Origin: an uncultured Actinomycetota bacterium
Lineage (GTDB): Bacteria > Actinomycetota > Actinomycetes > JACCUZ01
Length of the DNA stretch: 64,000 nt
Reading direction: 5' to 3'
Assembly: GCA_963751035.1 (NCBI GenBank)
Contig: CAVVSW010000005.1
Location: forward strand, 772,784 to 836,783
Under the pieces are notes generated by a model, which saw only the letters and a program-made list of their open reading frames with translations, was not told where the DNA came from and ran no database searches. Both the position numbers and the translations under genes were made by a program. The first letter of the stretch is position 1; every line of letters starts with the position of its first letter. Shown piece after piece: positions 50,992 through 61,929 of the stretch.

Positions 50992-52218
50992 ATGACGGTC
51001 CAGGCTCGGGGCTCGCGGGGTGCGAGGTCCGCCGATCTGCGTCGACGGAACCTGTCCTCACTGCTGACCTACGTGCACGTGCACGGGCCGACCGCGCGGA
51101 GCAGGCTGACGACGGACCTGGGCCTCAACCGCAGCACGATCGGCGACCTGACCGGCGAGCTGGTCGCGGCCGGGCTCGTCCGCGAGGAGCCCGGTCGGAC
51201 CGTGCGCGCCGGCACCGTGGTGGCGAGCAGCGGCGGGCGCCCGTCGTACGTCGTCGTTCCGGAGTCCGAACGCGTGCAGGTGCTCGCGATCGACATCGGT
51301 GTCACCCACCTGACGGTGGCCCGCATCGGGCTGGGCGGCGCCGTCCTGTCCCGCCGCGACCGGTCGTACCACCATGGCGTACGCAGCCAGCGGTCGATGA
51401 AGACCACGATCACGAGGTTTGCCGCCGCACTGCGCGCCGAGACCGGCCGCGACACGGTGGTCATCGGCGTCGGGGTGGCTGTGCCCGGAATGGTTCGGCA
51501 GCGGGACGGGCAGGTGCGCCAGGCTCCGAACCTCGGCTGGCAGGACGCGCCGGTGGGCGCCGAGCTGGCCGACGCGCTGGGCCTGCCGGTCGCCGTCGGC
51601 AACGATGCCGACCTGGGCATCCTGGCCGAGCACGTGCGCGGTGCGGCCGCCGGCGTCGACGACGCCGTCTACCTGTCCGGTCACGCCGGCATCGGGGCGG
51701 GCGTCTTCACGTCGGGCCGGCCGCTGGTGGGGCACAACGGCTACGCCGGTGAGGTGGGCCACATCGTCGTGAACCCTGGGGGCCGGACGTGCCACTGCGG
51801 GTCGCGCGGCTGTTGGGAAACCGAGTCCGGCGAGGAGCGGCTGTTCGAGCTGGCCGGCCGCCCGGCGGGGGGTGGCATCGAGGGCGTACGCGAGATCGTG
51901 GCCGCTGCCGCCGACGGTGACGAGGTCGCGGCTAAGGCGTTGACCCAGGTCGCCGCCTGGCTGGGCACCGGCGTGGCCTCCGTCGTCAACGTCTTCAACC
52001 CCGAGGCGATCATCATGGGCGGGGCGCTCGGAGAGATCTTCGCCGCCGCTGAGACGGCGCTTCGCGACGCCGTACACGCAGCCGTGCTCGGGCCGCCGTT
52101 GGAGCAGCTGCGGTTGCTGCAACCGGCCTTCGGCTTCGACTCGTCGCTGATCGGTGCCGCCGAGCTCGCGTTCACCCCGTTGCTGGCGGACCCCCTGCTT
52201 GAGATGTCAGCCAGCTGA
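50992..52218 (+). CDS. ROK-family transcriptional regulator
   Basis: It has an N-terminal wHTH (RRRNLSSLLTYVHVHGPTARSRLTTDLGLNRSTIGDLTGELV) and a ROK sugar-kinase-like domain with CHCGSRGCWE. Confidence 0.85.
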   Translation: MTVQARGSRGARSADLRRRNLSSLLTYVHVHGPTARSRLTTDLGLNRSTIGDLTGELVAAGLVREEPGRTVRAGTVVASSGGRPSYVVVPESERVQVLAIDIGVTHLTVARIGLGGAVLSRRDRSYHHGVRSQRSMKTTITRFAAALRAETGRDTVVIGVGVAVPGMVRQRDGQVRQAPNLGWQDAPVGAELADALGLPVAVGNDADLGILAEHVRGAAAGVDDAVYLSGHAGIGAGVFTSGRPLVGHNGYAGEVGHIVVNPGGRTCHCGSRGCWETESGEERLFELAGRPAGGGIEGVREIVAAAADGDEVAAKALTQVAAWLGTGVASVVNVFNPEAIIMGGALGEIFAAAETALRDAVHAAVLGPPLEQLRLLQPAFGFDSSLIGAAELAFTPLLADPLLEMSAS

Positions 52219-52219
52219 C

Positions 52220-52591
52220 GTGAGCCCACACGTCGTACCTCCTGGTTGGCCGGAGCAGGTGCGCCCACCCGGCGCGCCGGAGTGGGAGCGCTCGGCGGTG
52301 GCCTGGCTCTTCGACCTCTGCCCGCCGGACTACCGGGCGTACGACGTGTTGCGCCGGCACCCGCAGGTGCTCGCCCGCTTCGCGGCCCGGCATGTGCAGG
52401 CGGGGGTGGACGCGGCTCGTGAGGGCCTGGCGACCGCCCGCGACGAGCTGCGCGACGTCGTCCCGCCGGAGACCGTGGCCGCGGCCGTCAGCGCCTACGA
52501 GCGGGAGGGGGCACGACTGATGACCACCGGCCGGGCGCTGGCGCTGGTGGAGGAGGCGCTGCGCGGCGGACGGTTTGTGCAGAAGCTGTGA
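52220..52591 (+). CDS. hypothetical protein
   Basis: GTG 52220 lies just after the ROK-gene stop. The codon bias looks coding. I recognise no domain. Confidence 0.5.
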   Translation: MSPHVVPPGWPEQVRPPGAPEWERSAVAWLFDLCPPDYRAYDVLRRHPQVLARFAARHVQAGVDAAREGLATARDELRDVVPPETVAAAVSAYEREGARLMTTGRALALVEEALRGGRFVQKL

Positions 52592-52697
52592 GGGTTTCGT
52601 TCAGGCCTGTCCGGGCGCTCATCCGGAGCCGAAGCAGGGCCGTAGACTCGGCGGCTGCACGGCACGTCCGGTACGGCGACCGAGAGGAGAACCGCAG

Positions 52698-54602
52698 GTG
52701 GGATTGCTCGAGTCGATCCGGGGACCCCATGACCTGCGGCGGCTGAGCCCCGAGGAGCTGGGCAGCCTCGCCGAGGAGATCCGCGACTTCCTCATCACGT
52801 CCGTCTCCAAGACCAGCGGCCACCTCGGCCCGAACCTCGGCGCCGTCGAGCTCACCCTCGCGCTGCACCGCGTGTTCGAGTCACCGCGCGACCGCATCCT
52901 GTGGGACACCGGCCACCAGGCCTACGTGCACAAGCTGGTCACCGGGCGGGCTGCGGGCTTCGCGACCCTGCGGAAGAAGGGTGGCCTGTCCGGCTACCCG
53001 AGCCGCGCCGAGTCCGACCACGACATCATCGAGAACTCCCACGCCTCGACGTCGCTCTCCTACGCCGACGGCATCGCCAAGGCGCACCAGCTGCGCGGGC
53101 TGACCGACCGGCACGTGGTCGCGGTCATCGGCGACGGTGCGCTGACGGGCGGCATGGCGTGGGAGGCGCTCAACAACATCGCGGCAGACCGTGACCGCCG
53201 CCTTGTCATCGTCGTCAACGACAACGAGCGGTCCTACGCCCCGACCATCGGGGGCCTGGCCCACCACCTGGCGACGCTGCGCACGACCGGCGGCTACGAG
53301 CGCTTCCTCGAGTGGGGCAAGCAGGTGCTCGGCCGCACTCCCGTCGTCGGCGGCCCGATCTACGACACGTTGCACGGCATGAAGAAGGGCATCAAGGACG
53401 TCGTCGCGCCGCAGGGCATGTTCGAGGACCTGGGGCTGAAGTACATCGGGCCCGTCGACGGGCACGACATCGAGGCGATGGAGCACGCGCTGCGTCGCGC
53501 CCGGTCCTACGCCGGGCCGGTGCTCGTGCACTGCCTCACGCGCAAGGGCCTGGGCTACCCCCTCGCCGAGAACGACATGGCCGACAACTTCCACAGCATC
53601 GGCGTGATCGACCCCGAGACCGGTCAGCCGTTGGCCGCGGCCGGTACGTCGTGGACCAGCGTCTTCTCCGACGAGATGGTCGAGATCGGGGCCGAGCGGA
53701 GCGACATCGTTGCAATCACGGCCGCGATGATGATCCCGGTCGGACTGGACAAGTTCGCCGCGAAGTACCCCGACCGCACCTTCGACGTCGGCATCGCCGA
53801 GCAGCACGCCACCACGTCGGCCGCAGGCCTGGCGATCGGCGGGGTCCACCCGGTCGTGGCTATCTACGCGACGTTCCTCAACCGTGCCTTCGACCAGGTG
53901 CTGATGGACGTCGCCCTGCACAAGTGCGGCGTGACGTTCGTGCTCGACCGCGCGGGGGTCACCGGTGACGACGGCGCGAGCCACAACGGCATGTGGGACA
54001 TGTCGTTCCTGCAGGTGGTGCCCGGCCTGCGCCTCGCCGCCCCGCGCGACGCGGTGACGCTGCGCGAGGAGCTGCGCGAGGCAGTCGAGGTCGAGGACGC
54101 TCCCACTGTCGTGCGGTTCCCCAAGGGAGCCGTGTGCGCCGACATCCCGGCACTGGAGCGCGTCGGCGGAGTCGACGTGCTGAGCAGGGGTGACTCGGCG
54201 GACGTCCTCCTCGTCGCCGTGGGGGCGATGGCCGAGACGTGCCTGGACGTCGCGTCGCGCTGTGCGCGTGAGGGCATCGGGGTCACGGTCGTCGACCCGC
54301 GCTGGGTCAAGCCGGTGCCCGCCGCCCTGGCCGACATGGCGCGCGACCACCGCTTCGTCGTGACGGTCGAGGACAACGTGCGCGCCGGTGGTGTCGGGTC
54401 GGCGATCGCGCAGGCGTTGCGCGACGCTCGCGTCGAGGTCCCGCTGCGCGACTTCGGCATCCCGGTCCGCTTCCTCGACCACGGCAAGCGCGCCGAGGTG
54501 CTCGCCGAGATCGGCCTGACGGCGCAGGACATCGCCCGCGCCGTCGTCGAGACGGTCAGCTCGCTGGACCGAACCGCCGAGCGACACACCGTCAACGACT
54601 GA
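52698..54602 (+). CDS. dxs: 1-deoxy-D-xylulose-5-phosphate synthase
   Basis: GTG follows [52 protein letters not shown] and [15 protein letters not shown] are present. Confidence 0.94.
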   Translation: MGLLESIRGPHDLRRLSPEELGSLAEEIRDFLITSVSKTSGHLGPNLGAVELTLALHRVFESPRDRILWDTGHQAYVHKLVTGRAAGFATLRKKGGLSGYPSRAESDHDIIENSHASTSLSYADGIAKAHQLRGLTDRHVVAVIGDGALTGGMAWEALNNIAADRDRRLVIVVNDNERSYAPTIGGLAHHLATLRTTGGYERFLEWGKQVLGRTPVVGGPIYDTLHGMKKGIKDVVAPQGMFEDLGLKYIGPVDGHDIEAMEHALRRARSYAGPVLVHCLTRKGLGYPLAENDMADNFHSIGVIDPETGQPLAAAGTSWTSVFSDEMVEIGAERSDIVAITAAMMIPVGLDKFAAKYPDRTFDVGIAEQHATTSAAGLAIGGVHPVVAIYATFLNRAFDQVLMDVALHKCGVTFVLDRAGVTGDDGASHNGMWDMSFLQVVPGLRLAAPRDAVTLREELREAVEVEDAPTVVRFPKGAVCADIPALERVGGVDVLSRGDSADVLLVAVGAMAETCLDVASRCAREGIGVTVVDPRWVKPVPAALADMARDHRFVVTVEDNVRAGGVGSAIAQALRDARVEVPLRDFGIPVRFLDHGKRAEVLAEIGLTAQDIARAVVETVSSLDRTAERHTVND

Positions 54603-54607
54603 CCGCG

Positions 54608-55558
54608 GTGCCGACGCGCGAGGCCGTGCGCCAGCGGCTGCAGCTCGGCGAGGAGTACGACGAGTGGCTGGGCGGGCTGGACCCACTCGGGCCGCCCGAC
54701 CCGCCACTGATCCCGCTGACGCGGGAGGCCATGGGCTGTCTGCTCGACCGGCTCGGATTCACCGCGGAGGACGCCCGGGACGCGATCGCGGCGCGCATCC
54801 AACCCGACGAGCACCCGGAGCTCTGGTGGCTGCTCGAGCGCTGCTACCACGCCGTCATCCGCGGCCTGCAGCCCGAAGCCTCGCGGTGGACGATCCCGCG
54901 CCTGCCGGACGAGCTCAGTGCGCGCGGCCGGTTTTTCCAGCTGCACGCCCTCCTCCCGGCGGTCTCCCCGCTGCAGTACTGGCACGCACGCCGGGGGATA
55001 GCCGATGACGTGTCCTGGGCGACGCTGCAGGACCTGGGTCGCGGGGTGGCCATCCACCGGGCCACCTACGGCGTCGGCGGTCTGGACAAGGCCTTCTGGC
55101 TCACGCACCACTTCCACGGCGAGCTCTTCGAGCTCGGTCGACTGCAGTTCGAGCTTCAGCGCGATGGCCTCGGCCTGCACATCCCGGCGACCGGCCCGCT
55201 GACACCGCAGGCGTGCGACGACTCACTGGCGCTGGCCCGGTCGTTCCTCGCGGAGCACTTCCCCGAGCCCGCACGCCACCGCGTCGTCTGCACGTCGTGG
55301 CTGCTGGACGAACAGCTCGCCGACTACCTTCCGGGCGACTCCAACATCGTGCGGTTCCAGCGCCGCTTCACCCTGGACTCGGACGCGATCGTCGACGACC
55401 ACGAGCCGCTGCGGTTCGTCTTCCAGCGGGTGCCGGCCGACCTGGGCGAGCTGCCTCGGGCAACGACCCTCCAGCGGGCGCTGCTCGACCACCTCGAGCG
55501 GGGCGGTCACTGGCGGATCCGCACCGGCTGGTTCCCGTGGGAGCCGATGCCGTCCTAG
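54608..55558 (+). CDS. acyltransferase-domain protein (DUF5596 + GNAT-like C-terminal domain)
   Basis: HPELWWLLERCYH, GGLDKAFWLTHHFHGELFELGRLQF and CTSWLLDEQL are present. Confidence 0.6.
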   Translation: MPTREAVRQRLQLGEEYDEWLGGLDPLGPPDPPLIPLTREAMGCLLDRLGFTAEDARDAIAARIQPDEHPELWWLLERCYHAVIRGLQPEASRWTIPRLPDELSARGRFFQLHALLPAVSPLQYWHARRGIADDVSWATLQDLGRGVAIHRATYGVGGLDKAFWLTHHFHGELFELGRLQFELQRDGLGLHIPATGPLTPQACDDSLALARSFLAEHFPEPARHRVVCTSWLLDEQLADYLPGDSNIVRFQRRFTLDSDAIVDDHEPLRFVFQRVPADLGELPRATTLQRALLDHLERGGHWRIRTGWFPWEPMPS

Positions 55559-56439
55559 CGGAAGAGGACCGGGCGCAGGTTTGGCGCGTCTGCCGCCTTG
55601 TCGCGCAGCACGATCTCGGCAGGCCGGCCACCGTCGGGAGCCATCGTGACCTCATCCTCGGTGAGCAGCAGCGGCCGCGGGAAGCCGCGGTCGAGCTCAT
55701 CGGTGGCGGCCGCGGCGGCGGCGGTGTAGGCGGGGTCGATGCGGCTGAGGTCGAGCCAGCCGCGGGTGCGCATCGGCACCGCGGCCGCCCGCATGCCGGT
55801 GCCGTCCTTGCTGCACAGCGCGGTGCGCAGTGTCTGCGAGCCGAGCAGGGTGAGCACGTCGCAGTCGCCGATCGGCCGCAGGGTGGGGCTGTCGGCGAGC
55901 CGCTCGGCCGCGATCGCTCCCATCCGCTCCAGGTAGTCGCGCGCAACCGGCCACCAGGGGGTCGGGTCCACCCCGGCCGCGTCCAGCGCACCCTGCGGAA
56001 CGATGATCACCATGTCGGGGTCGTGGCCCACGCCGACGAAGCCGAAGCCGAGATCGAGCGCCTCACCGAGCACCCGGTGCCGCACCCAGTCCAGGCCGGG
56101 GTGCAGGGGGTGGTCGACGGGCAGGCCGACCGGACGGGCCAGCTGGCGAAGCTCCTCGAGGTCGCGGTCCACGGCGATCCGGCGGCCGTGCAGCCAGGCG
56201 CGGACCCGGGCCCTGGCGAGCTCGCTGTCGGCGTCGGCCCCCGCGACCGCTCGGCGCAGTTCGAGCCAGCTCACCTCGACCGGCTCGGAGCCGGCGAGCA
56301 TCACCCCGTCGTCGAGCGGGACGATGTCAATGTCGTCGAGAACCGACACCGCCAGGGCGATGCGGCGCAGCTCGACCGAGTCGGGGGCACGCACCTCTCG
56401 ACGGTACCCATTCCGGCCCCGCGGGCCACTCGGCCACAT
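55555..56439 (-). CDS. conserved hypothetical protein
   Basis: Long ORF with coding-type bias, located downstream of fadB. The start is uncertain (ATG 56439 or an internal GTG). Confidence 0.5.
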   Translation of the reverse strand: MWPSGPRGRNGYRREVRAPDSVELRRIALAVSVLDDIDIVPLDDGVMLAGSEPVEVSWLELRRAVAGADADSELARARVRAWLHGRRIAVDRDLEELRQLARPVGLPVDHPLHPGLDWVRHRVLGEALDLGFGFVGVGHDPDMVIIVPQGALDAAGVDPTPWWPVARDYLERMGAIAAERLADSPTLRPIGDCDVLTLLGSQTLRTALCSKDGTGMRAAAVPMRTRGWLDLSRIDPAYTAAAAAATDELDRGFPRPLLLTEDEVTMAPDGGRPAEIVLRDKAADAPNLRPVLFR

Positions 56440-56455
56440 GGGTGACGCGGGGGCC

Positions 56456-58552
56456 CTAGGCCTGGGGGAGTGAGGCAACCCCCGGCGGCAGGAACCGCGC
56501 CCCGGTGACCCGCTCGGACACGCCTTCGCGGTCGAGGTACGGCGTGACGCCGCCGAGGTGGAACGGCCAGCCGGCGCCCAGCAGCATGGCGAGGTCGATG
56601 TCCCGGACGTCCTCGACCACCTTTTCGTCGAGCATCAGGCGGATCTCCTCGGCGAGCGCGTCCAGCGCCCGGCGGCGGACCTCTTCCTCAGTCGACGGCG
56701 TGGTGCCCTTCGTGAACAGCTCGGCGACCTCCGGGTCGACCTTTGGCGTCGAGCCCTCCCAGACGTAGACGCCGGTCTTGCCGGCCGCCACCAGACGGCC
56801 GAGGTTCGCCGAGACGTAGAAGCGCTCCGGGAAGGCCTCGTGCATCGTCTCGGCCACGTGCAGCGCGACAGCGGGGCCGACCAGCTGCAGCAGCACGAAC
56901 GGCGTGAGTGGGAGGCCGAGCGGCTCCAGGGCCCGGTCGGCAACCTCGAACGGCGTCCCCTCGTCGACCGCCTTGGTGACCTCGCCCAGGAACCGGGTCA
57001 GGATCCGGTTGACGACGAAAGCCGGCCGGTCAGCAACCAGCACGCAGGACTTCTTCAGCGTCTTGCCGACCGCGAAGGCGGTGGCTACCGACGCGTCGTC
57101 GGTCTTGTCCGCGCGCGCGATCTCGAGCAGCGGCAGCACAGCAACCGGGTTGAAGAAGTGGAAGCCGACGACCCGCTCCGGGTGCTGCAGCCCGGAGGCC
57201 ATCTCGGTCACCGACAGGGACGAGGTGTTGGTGGCGAGCACGCACTCCGGCGAGACCACGGCCTCGACCTCGGCGAACACCTGCTGCTTGACCTTCATCT
57301 CCTCGAAGACGGCCTCGATCACGAAGTCGGCGTCGGCGAACGCGTCCTTGCCGGTGGACCCGGTGACCAGCGCCTTCAGCCGGTTGGCCTTGTCCTGGTT
57401 GATGCGGCCCTTGCCGAGCAGCTTGTCGACCTCGCCGTGCACGTAGCCGACCCCCTTGTCGACCCGTTCCTGGTCGAGGTCGGTGAGCACAACCGGCACC
57501 TCGAGCCGCTGGGCGAACAGCATCGCGAGCTGCGAGGCCATCAGCCCGGCACCGACGACGCCGACCTTGGTGACCTCACGTGCCAGGGACTTGTCCGGCA
57601 CACCGGCCGGCCGCTTCGCGCGACGCTGCACGAGGTCGAACGCGTACAGCCCGGCACGCAGCTCCTCTCCCATGGCGAGCTCGAACAGCGCCGTGCGCTC
57701 GGCGGCGATCCCCTCGTCGTACGACGCGGTGCGGGCGAGCTCGATCAGCTCGATCGCCTTGTAGGGCGCCGGTGTCGCACCGTGCACCTTCATGTCGGCG
57801 ATGCTCTTGCCGCGGGCGAGTGCGGCGTTCCAGGCATCGCCCCTGTCGATCTCGGGGCGCTCGACTTCTGTCTGGCCGGTGACGACCGACGCGGCCCAGG
57901 CCAGGGACTGCTCGAGGAAGTCGGCGGGCTCGAACATCGCGTCGGCGATGCCGAGCTCGAAGGCCTGCTTCGCCTTGAGCATGCGGTTCTGGTTCATCGC
58001 GTTCTCCACGATGAGGGTGACGGCCTTGTCAGCACCGATCAGGTTCGGCAGCAGCTGGCTGCCGCCCCACCCGGGGATCAAGCCGAGGAACACCTCGGGG
58101 AACGCGATGGCCGGTACGCCGGCGGACAGCGCGCGGTAGTGCGCGTGCAGGGCCAGCTCGAGGCCACCGCCCATGACCGCACCGTTGATGAACGCGAAGG
58201 TCGGCACCGTCGCGTCACGCAGCTTGCGGAACGTGTCGTGGCCGAGGGCGAAGTAGTTCTGCGCCTGCGCCGCCGTCCCGCCCGCCTGCATCACCTTGAG
58301 GTCGGCCCCGACCGCGAAGATGAACGGCTTACCGGTCACCGCGACCGCCACGACATCGTCGCGGCCGAGCGCCTCATCGATTGCGGCCCCGATGTTGGCC
58401 AGGCTCTTCGGCCCCAGCGTCGTCGGCTTGGTGTGGTCGAAGCCGTTGTCGATCGTGATGAGGGCAGCGATGCCGGCGCCGTGCGGGAGGTCGACGTAGC
58501 GGACCGGCGCGCTCGTGACGACCTCGTCCGGGAAATCGATCATGTCGCTCAT
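56456..58552 (-). CDS. fadB: fatty-acid oxidation multifunctional protein: enoyl-CoA hydratase / 3-hydroxyacyl-CoA dehydrogenase
   Basis: It has an N-terminal crotonase fold (FINGAVMGGGLELAL) and an NAD-binding motif (VGVVGAGLMASQLA). The start overlaps the fadA stop. Confidence 0.9.
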   Translation of the reverse strand: MSDMIDFPDEVVTSAPVRYVDLPHGAGIAALITIDNGFDHTKPTTLGPKSLANIGAAIDEALGRDDVVAVAVTGKPFIFAVGADLKVMQAGGTAAQAQNYFALGHDTFRKLRDATVPTFAFINGAVMGGGLELALHAHYRALSAGVPAIAFPEVFLGLIPGWGGSQLLPNLIGADKAVTLIVENAMNQNRMLKAKQAFELGIADAMFEPADFLEQSLAWAASVVTGQTEVERPEIDRGDAWNAALARGKSIADMKVHGATPAPYKAIELIELARTASYDEGIAAERTALFELAMGEELRAGLYAFDLVQRRAKRPAGVPDKSLAREVTKVGVVGAGLMASQLAMLFAQRLEVPVVLTDLDQERVDKGVGYVHGEVDKLLGKGRINQDKANRLKALVTGSTGKDAFADADFVIEAVFEEMKVKQQVFAEVEAVVSPECVLATNTSSLSVTEMASGLQHPERVVGFHFFNPVAVLPLLEIARADKTDDASVATAFAVGKTLKKSCVLVADRPAFVVNRILTRFLGEVTKAVDEGTPFEVADRALEPLGLPLTPFVLLQLVGPAVALHVAETMHEAFPERFYVSANLGRLVAAGKTGVYVWEGSTPKVDPEVAELFTKGTTPSTEEEVRRRALDALAEEIRLMLDEKVVEDVRDIDLAMLLGAGWPFHLGGVTPYLDREGVSERVTGARFLPPGVASLPQA

Positions 58553-59802
58553 GAGTCGCCCTCGGTGTCGTCAGCGTCGCTCGTGTCGTCGCTGGTCCAG
58601 TGCGGGTTCTCCCAGATGACCGCGCCGCCCATCCCGATGCCGATGCACAGGGCTGTCAGGCCGTAGCGCACCTCCGGGTGATCCTCGAACTGGCGGGCCA
58701 GCTGGGTCATCAGCCGCACGCCCGAGGACGCGAGCGGATGCCCGAGGGCGATCGCCCCGCCGTACTCGTTGACGCGGGGATCGTCGTCGTCGATGCCGAA
58801 GTGGTCGAGGAACGCGAGCACCTGGACGGCGAACGCCTCGTTGAGCTCGAAGAGCCCGATGTCCTCGATGCGCAGGCCGGCCCGGGCGAGAGCCTTCTCG
58901 GTGGCCGGCACCGGACCGACGCCCATCACCTCGGGCTCGACGCCGACGAAGGAGTAGGAGACCAGGCGCATCTTGACCGGCAGCCCGAGCTCGCGCGCCG
59001 TCTCCTCGGCCGCGAGGATGCACGCCGTCGCACCGTCGTTGAGCCCGGCCGCGTTGCCGGCAGTCACCCGCCCGTGCGGCCGGAACGGCGTCTTGAGCAC
59101 GGCCAGGTCCTCGACGGTGGTGCCGGGTCGCGGCGGCTCGTCCCGGGTGGCCAGGCCGTAGCCGTGCTCGGTGCTGCGGGTGGCGACCGGCACGAGGTCG
59201 GGCTCCACCTTGCCGTTCGCGTAGGCCTTGGCGAGCTTGTCCTGGCTGCCCACCGCGAACGCGTCGGCCCGCTCCTTGGTGATGGCGGGGAACCGGTCGT
59301 GCAGGTTCTCGGCGGTGGCACCCATCACCAGCGCGGAGGGGTCGACGAGCTTCTCGGCGATGATCCGCGGGTTGGGGTCGACACCTTCGCCCATCGGGTG
59401 GTGCCCCATGTGCTCGACGCCGCCGGCGATGACGACGTCGTAGGCGCCGAACGCGATGCTCCCCGCCATCGTGGTGACCGCCGTCATCGCGCCGCCGCAC
59501 ATCCGGTCGATGGCGAAGCCGGGGACCGTCTTGGGCAGGCCGGACAGCAGGGCCGCGGTGCGGCCGATGGTCAGCCCCTGGTCACCGATCTGCGTCGTCG
59601 CGGCGATCGCCACGTCATCGATGCGTTCCGGCGGCAGCTCGGGGTGGCGGCGGACCAGCTCCCGGATGCAGCGGATGACCAGGTCGTCGGCCCGGGTCTC
59701 GGCGTACATGCCCTTGGGGCCAGCCTTGCCGAAGGGCGTGCGCACGCCGTCGACGAACACGACGTCGCGCAACGTTCGGGGCTCGCGCGGCTCGGAGGGC
59801 AC
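58549..59802 (-). CDS. fadA: acetyl-CoA C-acyltransferase (thiolase)
   Basis: It has an active-site Cys region (IDRMCGGAMTAV) and C-terminal NEYGGAIALGHPLASSG and CIGIGMG motifs. Confidence 0.9.
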   Translation of the reverse strand: MPSEPREPRTLRDVVFVDGVRTPFGKAGPKGMYAETRADDLVIRCIRELVRRHPELPPERIDDVAIAATTQIGDQGLTIGRTAALLSGLPKTVPGFAIDRMCGGAMTAVTTMAGSIAFGAYDVVIAGGVEHMGHHPMGEGVDPNPRIIAEKLVDPSALVMGATAENLHDRFPAITKERADAFAVGSQDKLAKAYANGKVEPDLVPVATRSTEHGYGLATRDEPPRPGTTVEDLAVLKTPFRPHGRVTAGNAAGLNDGATACILAAEETARELGLPVKMRLVSYSFVGVEPEVMGVGPVPATEKALARAGLRIEDIGLFELNEAFAVQVLAFLDHFGIDDDDPRVNEYGGAIALGHPLASSGVRLMTQLARQFEDHPEVRYGLTALCIGIGMGGAVIWENPHWTSDDTSDADDTEGDS

Positions 59803-59899
59803 AGGTGCCTCCTACAGATGAGTGGCGGTGGGGAACCGATGCTACTCGCCGGTAACAACGGGCCGAATCACGGGCGTGGTGGCCACCGTTGTGCGGCGG

Positions 59900-60607
59900 T
59901 CACGATGCCTCCAGATGCTTGAGTGCCTCGCGACTCGAGAGCCTGCTGATCCGGTCGTCGTGGGCAGCCACGAAGGCGCGCACCCAGTCGGGGTCGGTCC
60001 GGGCGTGCTGGCGCAGGGCCCAGCCGATGGCCTTGCGCAGGAAGAAGTCGCGGTCGTCCAGGTTGGCCTCGATCACGTGGCTGAGCAGGTCGGGGTCGGT
60101 GCGGTCCTTGGCGCCGACCTGGGCGATGACCGCAGTCCGGCGCAGCCACCGGTCGTCGTCGGTGGCCCACTCGCGCACGATCGGGGCAACGGACTCCGGG
60201 TCCTCGATCAGCAGCGGCCCGACCAGGTGGATGGCGACGTCGTCGACGACGTCCCACCACGCCCCGGTGGTCAGCAGGTGCCGGTAGAGGCCGAGCGCGC
60301 GGGTGTCGCGGTAGGCGGCGTACCGGCTGCCCCGCACGACGGCAAGCGCGGCGTACCACTCCTCCCGATGAGTGGCCTCGTCCCACAAGGCCAGGACTGT
60401 CGCGAGCCAGGTCTCCCGGTCCGGCAACGGGTGCGCGGCCAGGACCTCGCGGAAGACAACGCGCGCCTGCGGGCTGGCCACCCCGTGGTAGGGGAGGGCC
60501 GACTTCATGTAGGCCTGCATCGCGGGCGCTTTCGCCGGGTCGCCGGCTGCCCGCAACCGGGCCCGGACGTCGTTCACCAGCGCCCGGTCCGCCATGGCCG
60601 CCGTCAC
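59900..60607 (-). CDS. DNA alkylation repair protein (AlkD-like HEAT repeats)
   Basis: AMQAYMKSALPYHGV, WWDVVD, RRTAVIAQ and FFLRKAIGWALR are present. Confidence 0.8.
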   Translation of the reverse strand: MTAAMADRALVNDVRARLRAAGDPAKAPAMQAYMKSALPYHGVASPQARVVFREVLAAHPLPDRETWLATVLALWDEATHREEWYAALAVVRGSRYAAYRDTRALGLYRHLLTTGAWWDVVDDVAIHLVGPLLIEDPESVAPIVREWATDDDRWLRRTAVIAQVGAKDRTDPDLLSHVIEANLDDRDFFLRKAIGWALRQHARTDPDWVRAFVAAHDDRISRLSSREALKHLEAS

Positions 60608-60622
60608 CCGGCCGAGACTAAG

Positions 60623-61885
60623 TCAGGGGCGCGGTGCAGCGGCGTCGTAGCGGGCGAACCCGCGGTAGCGCGCCGCCAGCAGGCCGACCGCGACCATGCA
60701 GGCGCACCCGCCCGAAACCACCGCGAACGCCTCGGTGCTGATCGCGGCGATGGTGCCCGCGGTGAAGTCACCGAGGCGCGGGCCGCCGGCGACGACCACG
60801 ATGAAGACGCCTTGGAGGCGTCCGCGCATCGCGTCGGGTGTCGCGACCTGCAGGATCGTGTTGCGGAACACCGAGCTCACCATGTCGGCCGCGCCCGAGA
60901 GGGCCAGGAAGACGACGCCGAGCCAGAGCGTGCGGGTGAGGCCGAACGCTGCCACCGCGGCGCCGTAGGCGACCACGCAGACCAGGATCGCCAGGCCTTG
61001 CCGGCGCACCCGGCCGAGGGGCCCGGAGAACACCACCGCGACGAGTGAGCCGATTGCGGGAGAGGCCGCCAGCAGACCCACCGTGCGAGTGCCGCCGCCG
61101 TAGAAGCCCCCGGCGATTGCCGGGAACAGCGCTCGCGGCTGGGCGAGCACCATCGCGCACAGGTCGACGAGAAAGGTCATCAGGACGTTCGGGCGCGTGC
61201 GCAGGTAGCGCAGCCCTTCGAGCACCGACTGCAGGCCGGCCCGACGCACCTCGCCTTCGGGCGGCACCGGCGGCAGCCGCCACAGCGCGTACAGGGCGGC
61301 GGTGAACGTCACGCAGTCGACGAGGTAGGCAGCGCCGAGGCCGAGCCAGCCGATGACGACACCGCCGAGCAGCGGCCCGACGGTGAACCCGAGGTTGAAC
61401 GAGGCGGTGGACAGGGCGTTCGCGGCCGGGAGCAGAGGTGGTGGCAGCAGCCGCGGGATGATCGCGGCGCGGGCCGGGTTGTTGACGGCGTAGCACGCGG
61501 CTTGCAGGGCGGCCACGACGTAGAGAAGAAGCACCGAACGCAGGCCGGCGAGGGCTTGCGCGGCCAGCACGATCGAGAGCAGCCACAGTCCGGTCGAGGC
61601 GACGAGAGCGAGCCGCCGGCGGTCCATCGAGTCGGCGATCGCGCCGCCGTACAGCCCAAAGACCACGAGCGGCACGAACGCGCAGATCCCGACGACGCCG
61701 ACCGCGAAGCTGGACTGCGTGATCGCATAGACCTGGATCGCCAGCGCGACGGTCGTCATCTGCTGGCCGAGCTGGGAGACGGTGAGGCCGAACCACAGCC
61801 GGCGGTAGTCCGCGGAGGCCCGAAGCGGCGCGACGTCGGTCAGGAGCGTGCGCCAGCGCGGGCGACGCTCAGTCTCATCGGGCAC
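60623..61885 (-). CDS. MFS transporter (EntS/MFS_3-like)
   Basis: 12-TM profile, with [17 protein letters not shown] and [13 protein letters not shown]. Confidence 0.85.
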   Translation of the reverse strand: MPDETERRPRWRTLLTDVAPLRASADYRRLWFGLTVSQLGQQMTTVALAIQVYAITQSSFAVGVVGICAFVPLVVFGLYGGAIADSMDRRRLALVASTGLWLLSIVLAAQALAGLRSVLLLYVVAALQAACYAVNNPARAAIIPRLLPPPLLPAANALSTASFNLGFTVGPLLGGVVIGWLGLGAAYLVDCVTFTAALYALWRLPPVPPEGEVRRAGLQSVLEGLRYLRTRPNVLMTFLVDLCAMVLAQPRALFPAIAGGFYGGGTRTVGLLAASPAIGSLVAVVFSGPLGRVRRQGLAILVCVVAYGAAVAAFGLTRTLWLGVVFLALSGAADMVSSVFRNTILQVATPDAMRGRLQGVFIVVVAGGPRLGDFTAGTIAAISTEAFAVVSGGCACMVAVGLLAARYRGFARYDAAAPRP

Positions 61886-61929
61886 CCGGACACGCTTTCA
61901 CGCGGCGGCGGAGGCTAACGTCGGCGCCC